Source: a virus. Taken from it: DNA of 24,724 bases. Both the position numbers and the translations under genes were made by a program. The notes below the pieces were generated by a model, which did not search any database, was not told where the DNA came from, and was given only the letters and a program-made list of their open reading frames with translations. Positions 1-8,544 of this stretch are shown piece after piece. The stretch's first letter is position 1. Every line of letters begins with the position of its first letter. The stretch is from the IMG/VR virus record IMGVR_UViG_3300018022_000004. The stretch is one strand, 5' to 3'.

Positions 1-620
1 CACCCGCAGCCGCATGTAGCCTACGAAGTGCTCCTCGGCGCTCTCGTGCGGGGGGGGGGGGGGGGGGGCTCCGGGGGGGAGCCCGCCCCCCCGGCCCCCG
101 GCCCCCCCCCCCCAGGCCCCCCGGGGCGCCCCACCCCGCCCGCCCTCTGTCGATCTGGTGCTCTCGCCCGCCGGGCGGGGGGGGGGGGGGGGGGGGGGGG
201 GGGGTCTACGGCGGCGTACATGCCCACGCTGTCCTCCGGCCCGTCCTCCACAGGCTCCCGGAGCAGCCCTATTACCCTCCTGGTGAGCAGGCGGACATCG
301 TCTTCCGTCAGCCTGTACCCCAGGCGGGGGGCCTCGCTCCTCACGGCGGCGGATACGCCCATCGGGTAGCGGGCCAGGTACTCCCGCATGCTGCGGGGGG
401 GCACGTAGGGGGCTGTCCTTCCCGTAGCGGGGCTGGTGTCCCTGGACCATCCCTGGATGTGCATCCCCCCCAGGAGGGCGAGGTCCTTCTCGGTCAGGGG
501 TATGTCTGGGGGGCTGGGCGGGTCACGAAAGTAGGGGTCCGGGAGGTCGGGGCAGGGGGCTATCCCCATGCCCCTCAGGAACTCCGTGTCGGTCCTCTCC
601 GACGGCCACTTCCATCCCAT
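1..620 (-). CDS. Hypothetical protein, possible divergent sigma-factor region-2 paralog; interrupted by a probable artefact at 50-204 and running off the window edge
   Basis: ATG at 620 (MGWKWPSE...) lies 6 nt after GTATAGT. Coding-like sequence runs to ...MYAAVDP at ~204, and bases 48-1 read HESAEEHFVGYMRLRV. Segments align by eye with the 12070-12867 protein. Confidence 0.6.
50..204. other. Probable sequencing/assembly artefact (poly-G runs with an adapter-like remnant)
   Basis: G runs at 50-68 and 177-204 with G/C low-complexity sequence between them. TGTCGATCTGGTGCTCTCGCC at ~148-168 resembles the Illumina P5 reverse complement GTGTAGATCTCGGTGGTCGCC. Confidence 0.75.
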
Positions 621-626
621 GCCTTG

Positions 627-660
627 ACTATACATCGAGAGACCAGGGAATCCCTGGGGA
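627..660 (-). promoter_or_regulatory. Bipartite phage promoter (TCCCCAGGG-N18-GTATAGT), probably leaderless
   Basis: Same elements and spacing as the copy at 21182-21215. ATG is 6 nt downstream of the -10-like box and there is no SD. Confidence 0.65.
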
Positions 661-683
661 TTTTCTGCTTTTCGGCGTATCCT
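650..683 (+). promoter_or_regulatory. Divergent copy of the promoter motif (ATCCCTGGGG...GTATCCT)
   Basis: The upstream element overlaps the palindrome CCAGGGA-A-TCCCTGG (643-657). Spacing is 1 nt shorter than in the other copies. It precedes the ATG at 696. Confidence 0.45.
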
Positions 684-695
684 ATAGAGAGCGCT

Positions 696-1052
696 ATGCC
701 TGTACAGAAGCGTACCTGCGCCAAGTGCGAGAGCGAGTTCGTCCTGCTCCCCGGCAAGCCGGGGCTGGCGATACACTGCCCCGCCTGCTCGGTGGAGACC
801 ACGCCCAAGGTCATGGGCAAGGTGTCGTGGGACGGCAAGCACTTGCAGCTATTGGAGATTACCTCCGACAGGAGGGCCGCCATGGCCTTCAACAGGGCAC
901 AGCAGCACAGCGGGGGGCTTACAGGCCCCCTGTCCGTGTTCAGCGTGGGCAGGGACCTAGCGGACGGGGAGGCGTCTAAGGTAGGCTCGGGGGCCGAGGG
1001 CGGTGCGGTTTACCGCTCCCGCCTGGGGGAGAAGCGTACCGTCAAGAGGTAG
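696..1052 (+). CDS. Zn-ribbon hypothetical protein (118 aa)
   Basis: MPVQKRTCAKC...HCPAC (two CxxC pairs), downstream of the promoter motif. Its 3' end overlaps the convergent ORF 957-1292. Confidence 0.65.
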   Translation: MPVQKRTCAKCESEFVLLPGKPGLAIHCPACSVETTPKVMGKVSWDGKHLQLLEITSDRRAAMAFNRAQQHSGGLTGPLSVFSVGRDLADGEASKVGSGAEGGAVYRSRLGEKRTVKR

Positions 1053-1292
1053 GTCCTCCGGCTCGTCCGGGTGAAGCTCCAGCCACTCCTCCAGCTCCGG
1101 CCATGCCTCGTCCCCGTCCTCCAGCACCCCGAACGACTGCGTCTCCGGCAGGGGCACGTCGTCCATTGTCCCAAACGAGCCAAACCTGACCTCGTCCCAG
1201 GGGAGGCAGTCCTCCACCGGCAGGCCCGCCCGCTTGAGGACGGGGCGCACCGAGAGGGCTATCCCCACTGCCCTGGGGAAGGTGCTACTCAC
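957..1292 (-). CDS. Acidic hypothetical protein, last gene of the minus-strand operon
   Basis: GTG start overlaps the end of 1285-3666. Contains LKRAG (K-x-A) near the N-terminus and a WPELE motif. Confidence 0.55.
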   Translation of the reverse strand: MSSTFPRAVGIALSVRPVLKRAGLPVEDCLPWDEVRFGSFGTMDDVPLPETQSFGVLEDGDEAWPELEEWLELHPDEPEDLPLDGTLLPQAGAVNRTALGPRAYLRRLPVR

Positions 1293-3666
1293 GTGTGCCG
1301 GTGACGAACTTGTACTTCAGGATGAGGGTATCGCTGTCCAGCGTCTCCGCCCGTGCGAAAGCCTCGTAAACGAAGCCCCCGTCCGGCGTGCTGCACCAGA
1401 CCGCTGCCTGCGCCCAGGCATCGTTGATGCACTCCTGTATCTCCGAGTCCGTCAGCCTCTCTACCAGCCTCTTCACTCGGCTGCCCGTGATGCTGAGGGA
1501 CAGCCCCCCGCCGAGTCCCTGGATGACCTGCTGCTCCATCTGGTCTAGCTGGACCTCCCCCGTGCCCGGTATATGGTCGAGGGGCGGCCGGCTGGTCAGC
1601 CTGTAGGCGGAGATGAAGGTGGCGGCTATCTCCGCCATCACCCTCTTCAGGAAGCGGCCTAGCTGTGCCTTGTAGTCCCCCGTGGCTGCCGCCGTCTTGG
1701 GCCTGTCCTGCTCCGAGGCTAGCTGGGAGAGGGCGTCCCCGCCCGGCTGCCCGTCGTAGTGCTGGTAGAACTCCTCCTCGAACAGCCCGCCCCTGTCCTG
1801 GTCCTCCTTGCGGAACGCCCCGCCTGGGGGTGCGTCCTGGCGGTAGCGGTAGAAGCTGCCAGGCTCCGCCCAGTTCCTTATCTCCCCCTCCTCGTGCAGG
1901 GGCGTCCCCTCCACGACCATGGGCTTGCCGCTGTTGCCCAGCGCCCCGCCGGCCGGCGAGGTGCTGGTGTTCGGCCCGGCGTCCACGTAGCTGAGCTTGG
2001 TCAGGGTGTCGAAGGTCCTGTCCAGGGCAGCGGTCAGGCGGTTCTCCTCGTCCTCGTTCCCCGTGAGCAGGGGGCCGTTGAGCGAGTTGCCGCTGACCTC
2101 CGAGGTCATGGGGGCGTTGGTGGCGTTGGGGTAGTCCACAATCTCGTGCTGTATCTCCGGATAGAACTCCCGGAGCGCCTGGCCCGGGAAGAAGAAGTTG
2201 AACCCGGCCCTCCTGCTGCCCAGCTCCCTGGGCGGCATCTCGGGGTTCAGGTGGTCGTCCCCGGCATGCTTCGAGAACATGGCCAGGTCGCTGGTGCCGA
2301 ACCTGCACAGCGGGCAGTGGAACGGCCCGGCATGCCTGCCTGCCGCCCCTGCCTTGACCTGCTCCGGCCTGGGCCCCGGCCCTGCCTGGCTGATGCCCGA
2401 GGTGACAGGCTCGGGGCTGTAGTCCTTCTTCCTGAAGTACCTCATCCAGGAAGGCTCCTCCCTGGGCTTCTCCACGGGGGCCTGCTTGGGCATGCTGGCG
2501 GACAGTATCTCCTCTGCCGTGCCCTCCTCGCCCCCCGGCACCACCAGCTCCACCCCCCCGCCGTGGAAGTGCAGCCTTGCCATGATGCCGTGGCCCCTCA
2601 GGGCCTCCACGGCGCTGGAGGCCTTCTCGTACTCCCCTGCATCCCAGTCCCTTACCGCCCCCCCGCTCTTGCCTATGGGGGTGGCCAGGGAGAACTCCCG
2701 TCCCCACTTGCCGGTGGCGGCCTCCACGAACCTGCCGACGTTCTCCGGCGAAGAGAAGGACGACACCTTCGCCTTTCCCTTGATGGTGTAGCCTACCGTG
2801 CTGCTGCCTGACATGCTTGCCTCCTTGGCCCTCTTGTATCCCGTGCAGTCGCACAGGTTGCAGGAATCGTCCTCGTTGTCGTGGTCGTCCGGGCCGTGGC
2901 TGCACATGCAGGCCCCGCCCTGGCCCAGCACCTTCATGTCCATGCCGGCCGTCTGCCTCCACCTCTCTATGCACTGCCCGCACAGCCTCGCCCTCATGCC
3001 GAAGGCCCTGACACGGCTCTGGGGCGGGCGGGGGCACCTGCCTGCCCTGTGGTCCCCTGCCTCCTCGCAGAAGATGCTCTCGCAGTCGCACTGCCCTTCC
3101 AGCGCCGCCTCTATGCCCATGGCCCTCAGCCCCTCTTTCATGTCCTCGGGAAGCTCGACGTCCTCTCCGGGCTTCTGCCTCATCCTCGCTGCCGCCTCTG
3201 CCGACCTCCTCTGGGTCTTCTCCTCTTCCACTTCCCACTCGGCCATCTCCAGCCAGTTCGGCTCCTGCCACTCCGGCAGCGGCCCGCTCCCCATGTCCGA
3301 CCGGATGAGGTCCATGGCTTCGTTCATGATATCCCCGGCCCTGCCATACTCGCTGGGAGGAGGACTCTTTCCCTCAATCTGCCGGGCCTCGAACTCCCCC
3401 CTCTCGGCTACCGTGTCCTGGAGGCCCTCGTCGAACTCGGCCTTCGCCATGTCCCGGATGTAGCGGAAGTGCTTGGCGAAGAGCTTGGCTACCGCCTTAT
3501 AGATAGCTTCATCCGAGTAGTCCCCAACCGCCCCTGGTGTTTTGTAGAGCGTCCTGTCCAAAGCCCCCCTGACGATCCTGTGCATCAGGTCGTTGGGCCT
3601 GCGCTCGTTGCCTATCATGACGTGGACGTACCACGTCTGCCAGTCTGTCCAGCCCTCGTAGCTCAA
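1285..3666 (-). CDS. Modular putative virion/head protein (793 aa) with Zn-binding mini-domains and K/R-x-A boundaries
   Basis: Long ORF with phage-like codon use whose start overlaps the upstream stop. Modules CDC..C..H..C, CMCSH..H..C..CDC and CPLC..H...H. Boundary motifs KEAS, KQA, RHAG, RRAG, KTAA. Confidence 0.85.
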   Translation of the reverse strand: MSYEGWTDWQTWYVHVMIGNERRPNDLMHRIVRGALDRTLYKTPGAVGDYSDEAIYKAVAKLFAKHFRYIRDMAKAEFDEGLQDTVAERGEFEARQIEGKSPPPSEYGRAGDIMNEAMDLIRSDMGSGPLPEWQEPNWLEMAEWEVEEEKTQRRSAEAAARMRQKPGEDVELPEDMKEGLRAMGIEAALEGQCDCESIFCEEAGDHRAGRCPRPPQSRVRAFGMRARLCGQCIERWRQTAGMDMKVLGQGGACMCSHGPDDHDNEDDSCNLCDCTGYKRAKEASMSGSSTVGYTIKGKAKVSSFSSPENVGRFVEAATGKWGREFSLATPIGKSGGAVRDWDAGEYEKASSAVEALRGHGIMARLHFHGGGVELVVPGGEEGTAEEILSASMPKQAPVEKPREEPSWMRYFRKKDYSPEPVTSGISQAGPGPRPEQVKAGAAGRHAGPFHCPLCRFGTSDLAMFSKHAGDDHLNPEMPPRELGSRRAGFNFFFPGQALREFYPEIQHEIVDYPNATNAPMTSEVSGNSLNGPLLTGNEDEENRLTAALDRTFDTLTKLSYVDAGPNTSTSPAGGALGNSGKPMVVEGTPLHEEGEIRNWAEPGSFYRYRQDAPPGGAFRKEDQDRGGLFEEEFYQHYDGQPGGDALSQLASEQDRPKTAAATGDYKAQLGRFLKRVMAEIAATFISAYRLTSRPPLDHIPGTGEVQLDQMEQQVIQGLGGGLSLSITGSRVKRLVERLTDSEIQECINDAWAQAAVWCSTPDGGFVYEAFARAETLDSDTLILKYKFVTGTRE

Positions 3667-6600
3667 CGCCTGTCGCCTCCTGGGTCTAGCCCTAGCAGGC
3701 CTTCAGCGGCGTCCCCGGCTGCCCTAATAAGGGAGGCAGCCTTCTTCTCCTTCGGCTCGCTGTTGAGGCCGCCTTCCCCTACCTGCGGCGTCTCCTTCTC
3801 GCCCCATGCTACGGGAGGGAGGTTGGCACCCAGGTCCGCCAGGTCGCCCAGCCCTATCTCCATGTCCACGGCCTCGTCCAGGTCGTCCCCCACCGGGGCG
3901 CATGCCTGCTTTCCCTCTACGAACTTCTTGCAGGGGCACGGTCCTGGCAGTGCTGCGCACCATCCGATGGCATGCTCGTCCCTGTGATGGCCGCACTGGG
4001 CACAGAGGTCGTCTCCAGGAGAGTGCTCGGTCCTGGGGGATACGCCCATGCCTGCGGCCTGCTTCCCGAGGTCCAGCGGGTCGGTCGTCTGGGTTGCCTC
4101 TGGGCTTCCTGCCAGCTCCGCCTTGGACTTGCCCCCTACCCCCTTCTTGGCCTCCTCTATGTCCGGCGACACGGACTGGTCGGCCTGCTTCGCCAGCTCG
4201 ATGGGGTCCCTGGTCTGGACGGACTCGGGGCTGTTAGAGAGGCACTCCTTAGCACCGTGCTCCAGCCTCTCCCCTGCGCCGGAGAGGTCCTTCTGGATGC
4301 CCTCCGCCTTCTTCGGGGCAGGCTGGGCCCGTACCTTCTCGCAGTTGCACGGCCCTGCCTCGTGCCTGTAGCCCGTGCAGGCAGGGTGGGCGGTCTTGCA
4401 GAGGGAGCACCCGCACCCCACCCTGCGGTCGTCCGCCTTCTTGTCCTTCTTGTCGTCCTTCTTCTCCTTCGGCCCGTCGCCGGGCGGGAGCTTCGACTTC
4501 ACCTTGGAGGTGCCGCCGTCCAGGGAGATGGAGATGTTGATGTCCCCGTGCTCCGTGGCCAGCCTGGGCACCCCGCCTGCGTCCTCGCCCTTCTTCTGGT
4601 CCGCCACGGCGCAGGGGTTGGTGGTCTCCGGCACCTTGGCGGGGGGTGCCTCCGTCTCCGCCTTCGCCTGGGCCACCTCGGGCTGTACCGGGGCCGCTGT
4701 CTTGAAGCGGGCCATGGCCTCGGCGAAGATGTCGCCGAACTCCTGCACGCTGGACTGGCGGTTCCTGCGCAGCCATGCCTCCTTCCTCCTTGTCTCCTGC
4801 CTGCTCCTTTCGGAGGCCGCTACGCCCATGCTGCCCGGCAGCGGGGCGGCTATCTCCTCCGCCACCTCCTCCTGGGGCAGGTTGCCGTGCCCCCCTGTCT
4901 CGACGAAGGTCTCAAGCTCAAGCTGTATCCTGTCCACTGCGTCTGCGGCCTCGGAGAAGTCGTCCATGTTGTAGGCACGCTCCAGCTCGGTCCTTATGTC
5001 CTCAAGCGCCGGGCTTTCGCTCCCCTCCAGGGCGTCGAAGGCATGCTTGATGTCGTCCTTCGGGTCCGTCTCGGAGTAGCTGCTGAAGAACCCCTCCAGC
5101 GCCCTCAGGGAGTCCTCGGCCTTCGTGACGTCGTGGTAGCCCGCCACCTTAGCGCTGGCCTGCTTCGATGCAAAGGATAGCGACAACACTTCTGACCTGG
5201 AGGGAACTTCCCTCTTCTCTAGCTTCCTGCTCTCTTCTGTGGACATGGACCTCCAGCCGCACGGGCAGGCGAACTGCTCATCCTCCGGGCGGGACTTATG
5301 GGCGGTGCCCCCGCACTGGGGGCAGCGCATCATACAGTCGGAGGTCTTCCTGAGCGCTACCCTCCTGCCTAGCCCGAGCCATTCGCCCACCACCTCACGC
5401 ACGTCGGGGGCATAGAACTCCCTGTGTGACAGGCCAGCGGTCTTGGGCTTCTCGGCGTCGGTCTTGGGGTGTATGGTGCCCTCCCCGCCCTCCTCGCTTG
5501 CCGGGTTGTCCGCCGTGTCGGCCCGCTTCGCCGCAGCCTCCTTCTTCTCCTCCTTCTTCTCGTCCTTGGCGATGTCCCCCTTGTGCTCGCACCACCCGCA
5601 GGTGCAGTCCGCAGGGTGGACCCCGTAGCCCTTCTTCAGGGCAGCGGTCACGAACTGCCGGTTGTACGCCTGGCAGCGGGGGCAGCCGTCGATGTGCTGG
5701 TTGTAGACGGAGGCCATGCTGAGCCTCCTGGCCCCTGGACACTCCGGGTCGATGACCATCCATGCCCCTGCGACCTTGTACGCCGCCCGCCTCGGGGCCT
5801 CTCCCATCTCGTCTATGCTGTACTGCTCCGAGGAGTTCTCGAAGTAGTAGTTTACCAGCCCCTCCCAGTCCTCGTCGGCGGCGAGGGCCCTGGCCTGCTC
5901 GTCCTCCTCCCAGTCGATGTCCCCCGCCATCTTGTCCTTGACGTAGCCGAGGACGAACTGGAATGCCTCCTCGTAGGTGGGGAACTCCTGCACGATGGCA
6001 CCTCTGTTGCTCCAGGAGTACCTGGTCTCGTTAATCCAGGCCACCCAGGACCCCTGCTTCCTCGACGAGCCGGAGTGGGCGTGCATGTCCTGGAGGTGCT
6101 TCTTGGCCGCCCCCTCGGACGTGTGGCTGGACAGAATCTTGCCCGTCCTGTGCGACTTGACGCACCACTCCGCCAGCTCCCCCTTGGAGTTCCTGTGCCC
6201 CTTGCAGAAGGACACGTAGGCCACCTTGGACAGAGAGGCGTTCTTGTCGGGGGCCAGCTCCGGCTCCTCGCCCCTGGTGTTCCTCTTCTCCTGGTCGGTC
6301 TTGGGGTCCATCGCCCCCTCCCCGCCCCTCTCGTTGGCAGGGTTGTCGGCGGTGTCCGCCGTCTTCGGGTACTCGGCCTCCACCCGCTTCTTCTCGCTGC
6401 TGCCGCATGCGGGGCACTTCACCGGGCTGCCATGCTCCTTCAGGCAGTTCAGGCACTTGTACTTGGCCGCAGCCCCGGCCTGCTTCCCGGCAGGCTCTAC
6501 CTCCCATCCCCCACGGCTGAGGCCTATGCCCTCGCCCTGCTTCTCCATGATGTGGCCCAGGCACTCCTCCATGGTGCAGGGGCCGTGGACTATCTGGTTG

Positions 6601-7964
6601 TCCTGCTTGACCACGTAGGACTCCCCCTTCGGGGCATGCACGAGCGCCTGGTGCTCCGGGCTGGACTCGGGCGACGCCGGGTCGGGGTAGTTGGCATGCT
6701 CGTCCAGGGCCTCCATGCCCTCGGACATGCCGCTGACGTACTCCTGCTGCCTCCCCATCTCCTCCTCGGTCATGGGGGTGGAGGGCATGGCGTGCGGCCT
6801 GAGGTCCGCCGCCTCCTTGCAGGCGGTGTAGCACTTCTCGCACTGCGCCCTGCGGCACTTGAGGCAGAGCCTCGCCCCGCCGCAGCCGCAGTCGGCGCAC
6901 CTGCCGGCCGCCTTCTTCTCCGCCTTCTCCTGCCGCTTGGTCTCCTTCTTGTGCTCCTTCTCCCTCTGCTTGGTCTCCTTCTTGCTGAGGGCCTGCCCGC
7001 AGGAGGGGCAGCTCCCGTCCCCCCTGGCCGCCCTGTACTCGCCGCAGGTGTTGCAGTAGAGGGGCTTGTCCCCTGCCGTCTTGGGCCCGGTGCCGTCGTC
7101 GGCCCTGGGGACCTCTGCGCTGGCGTCGGGCTTCTTGTACTCCTTCTCGGCCGCCTCGGCCGGGGACTTGGTGTCGTGCTTCAGCGCCTTCCCCAGCGCC
7201 TCGCCCAGGGACTCGAACACGTTCATCTCGGACGGCTCAAGCTGCTCCTTGGCGATGGCGTCCGCTGTCTTGGCGGTCAGGAACACCCTGTCCCTATTGG
7301 CGGCCGCCTTCATCAGCTCGGGGTAGGCCCGGAAGGGGCTTTCCGTGGCCGCCGGGTAGGTCAGCTTGGGCGTGATGTCCGTCACGTCGAACTTCCAGGT
7401 GTCCACGGTGGTCATCAGGGAGTCGAAGCCGCTGCTGACCGCAGGGTTGAAGTAGCATGCGAACACCAGGTGCCGCAGGAGGTCCGTGAGCTTGGCGTCG
7501 TCGTCCGTGTACTGGAAGCACACGTACTCCCTTATGCCCCCCCATGCCGGGGCGAACACCACCAGGCTGGCCAGCTTGCCGTCCACGGTGAAGGCCTGCT
7601 CCTTGAGGGCCTTGAGGTGCCCCTCCACGTCCGTGGTCTCGTCGAACTCGCTGCCCGTCCTCAGGCTGACGAGGTCCGCCATCTCCTCGCCGAGGTTCAG
7701 GAGCCTGACCGCCGTGCCGTAGAGGAGGGCGACCGGGAAGTCCTCGGGGCTGTCGCACACAGAGGCCGGCACGACGTAGAGGCACCCGATGCGGATGTTC
7801 TGGCGGAAGCCGTGGTAGAAGACCTCCAGGCTGCGCACCTCGCCGGAGGAGCTGGCCTGCTTCTCGCCCTCCTTCACCGCCTCCACGACCTTCTGGAGCA
7901 GCCCCTCGTTCACCTGGAACGACTGGAAGCTCTTGATTGCTATGCTGTTTCCGCTGACGGCCAT
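3663..7964 (-). CDS. Giant modular putative virion polyprotein (1433 aa)
   Basis: SD GAGGAGG upstream. N-terminal globular region (~230 aa), then about 9 Cys/His clusters and charged segments separated by about 23 K-[TQVKRE]-A motifs (manual count). Internal duplicated modules. Confidence 0.9.
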   Translation of the reverse strand: MAVSGNSIAIKSFQSFQVNEGLLQKVVEAVKEGEKQASSSGEVRSLEVFYHGFRQNIRIGCLYVVPASVCDSPEDFPVALLYGTAVRLLNLGEEMADLVSLRTGSEFDETTDVEGHLKALKEQAFTVDGKLASLVVFAPAWGGIREYVCFQYTDDDAKLTDLLRHLVFACYFNPAVSSGFDSLMTTVDTWKFDVTDITPKLTYPAATESPFRAYPELMKAAANRDRVFLTAKTADAIAKEQLEPSEMNVFESLGEALGKALKHDTKSPAEAAEKEYKKPDASAEVPRADDGTGPKTAGDKPLYCNTCGEYRAARGDGSCPSCGQALSKKETKQREKEHKKETKRQEKAEKKAAGRCADCGCGGARLCLKCRRAQCEKCYTACKEAADLRPHAMPSTPMTEEEMGRQQEYVSGMSEGMEALDEHANYPDPASPESSPEHQALVHAPKGESYVVKQDNQIVHGPCTMEECLGHIMEKQGEGIGLSRGGWEVEPAGKQAGAAAKYKCLNCLKEHGSPVKCPACGSSEKKRVEAEYPKTADTADNPANERGGEGAMDPKTDQEKRNTRGEEPELAPDKNASLSKVAYVSFCKGHRNSKGELAEWCVKSHRTGKILSSHTSEGAAKKHLQDMHAHSGSSRKQGSWVAWINETRYSWSNRGAIVQEFPTYEEAFQFVLGYVKDKMAGDIDWEEDEQARALAADEDWEGLVNYYFENSSEQYSIDEMGEAPRRAAYKVAGAWMVIDPECPGARRLSMASVYNQHIDGCPRCQAYNRQFVTAALKKGYGVHPADCTCGWCEHKGDIAKDEKKEEKKEAAAKRADTADNPASEEGGEGTIHPKTDAEKPKTAGLSHREFYAPDVREVVGEWLGLGRRVALRKTSDCMMRCPQCGGTAHKSRPEDEQFACPCGWRSMSTEESRKLEKREVPSRSEVLSLSFASKQASAKVAGYHDVTKAEDSLRALEGFFSSYSETDPKDDIKHAFDALEGSESPALEDIRTELERAYNMDDFSEAADAVDRIQLELETFVETGGHGNLPQEEVAEEIAAPLPGSMGVAASERSRQETRRKEAWLRRNRQSSVQEFGDIFAEAMARFKTAAPVQPEVAQAKAETEAPPAKVPETTNPCAVADQKKGEDAGGVPRLATEHGDINISISLDGGTSKVKSKLPPGDGPKEKKDDKKDKKADDRRVGCGCSLCKTAHPACTGYRHEAGPCNCEKVRAQPAPKKAEGIQKDLSGAGERLEHGAKECLSNSPESVQTRDPIELAKQADQSVSPDIEEAKKGVGGKSKAELAGSPEATQTTDPLDLGKQAAGMGVSPRTEHSPGDDLCAQCGHHRDEHAIGWCAALPGPCPCKKFVEGKQACAPVGDDLDEAVDMEIGLGDLADLGANLPPVAWGEKETPQVGEGGLNSEPKEKKAASLIRAAGDAAEGLLGLDPGGDRR
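4056..4232 (-). repeat. Duplicated module end SPExxQTxDPxxLxKQA (copies 4056-4106 and 4182-4232)
   Basis: SPESVQTRDPIELAKQA vs SPEATQTTDPLDLGKQA; both end in KQA. Confidence 0.8.
5448..6359 (-). repeat. Duplicated 25-aa module ADTADNPAxExGGEGxxxPKTDxEK (copies 5448-5522 and 6285-6359)
   Basis: Direct comparison of the translations. Each copy begins at the Ala of a K-x-A motif (KRA, KTA). Confidence 0.85.
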
Positions 7965-7965
7965 T

Positions 7966-8544
7966 TTACTTCCTCCTCAAGCCCGTGTCTACCTGCTGAA
8001 TCTCCCTGCGGAGGGCCTGCTCCCCCGCCTTGCAGATGTCCCTGTACTGCTGCATGATGTTGTTCTTGTGGTCCTCCAGGACCCCGCCCTCCCGTAGCGC
8101 CTGGCAGAACCAGTCCACCATGCGCCCCGTGAGCAGCTTGACCTTTGCCCCGTCCAGGTTGAGCACGTCCCGCTTGCTGAGCATCTCCGTGTCCAGGAGG
8201 GAGGTGCGAAGCTCCTTCAGGTACTTTATAAGCTCGGAGTTCGCCTTGAAGGTGTTGCTGTTGCACTGCGAGGTGTCCACCCTCACCACCCACTGCGCCT
8301 TGACTATCCGGGAGAGCTGGACGGTTATCTTCCGGCTTATCTCTGCCGGGTCGCTGTCCGGGTCCTCGATGAGGGCGGTTATCTCGTCGATGCCCGAGGT
8401 GTCGGCCTCGGGGAGGGCACCCTTGTGCAGCTCCCCGTCCTTGACCTCCAGCTTGGAGGGGGCGGCGGCCTTGAACCCCGCTACCCCGTCCCCCACGTCG
8501 AAGCCGGTCTCCGTCGCCGTCGCTGTCACGCCGTCCCCTGCCAT
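7966..8544 (-). CDS. Hypothetical alpha-helical protein (192 aa)
   Basis: ATG overlaps the HNH stop (TAATG) and its stop abuts the next start. Amphipathic-helix pattern; no recognised family. Confidence 0.85.
   Translation of the reverse strand: MAGDGVTATATETGFDVGDGVAGFKAAAPSKLEVKDGELHKGALPEADTSGIDEITALIEDPDSDPAEISRKITVQLSRIVKAQWVVRVDTSQCNSNTFKANSELIKYLKELRTSLLDTEMLSKRDVLNLDGAKVKLLTGRMVDWFCQALREGGVLEDHKNNIMQQYRDICKAGEQALRREIQQVDTGLRRK

Noticed and set aside
50-204. Poly-G / poly-Pro-Gly tract as a G-quadruplex or phase-variation locus
   Set aside because: Long pure G runs plus a degraded Illumina adapter-like string and disruption of an otherwise sensible ORF point to a two-colour-chemistry or assembly artefact.
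5469-8057. 862-aa plus-strand ORF and other long antisense or alternate-frame ORFs (e.g. 1289-3271, 11392-13011, 18861-20069, 22990-24285)
   Set aside because: These are shadows of high-GC3 coding on the real frame: low-complexity L/V/G/R/P-rich translations with no recognisable motifs.
7966-8544. Terminase small subunit
   Set aside because: Size and helical character are compatible, but there is no recognisable motif and no adjacent large subunit; left as hypothetical.
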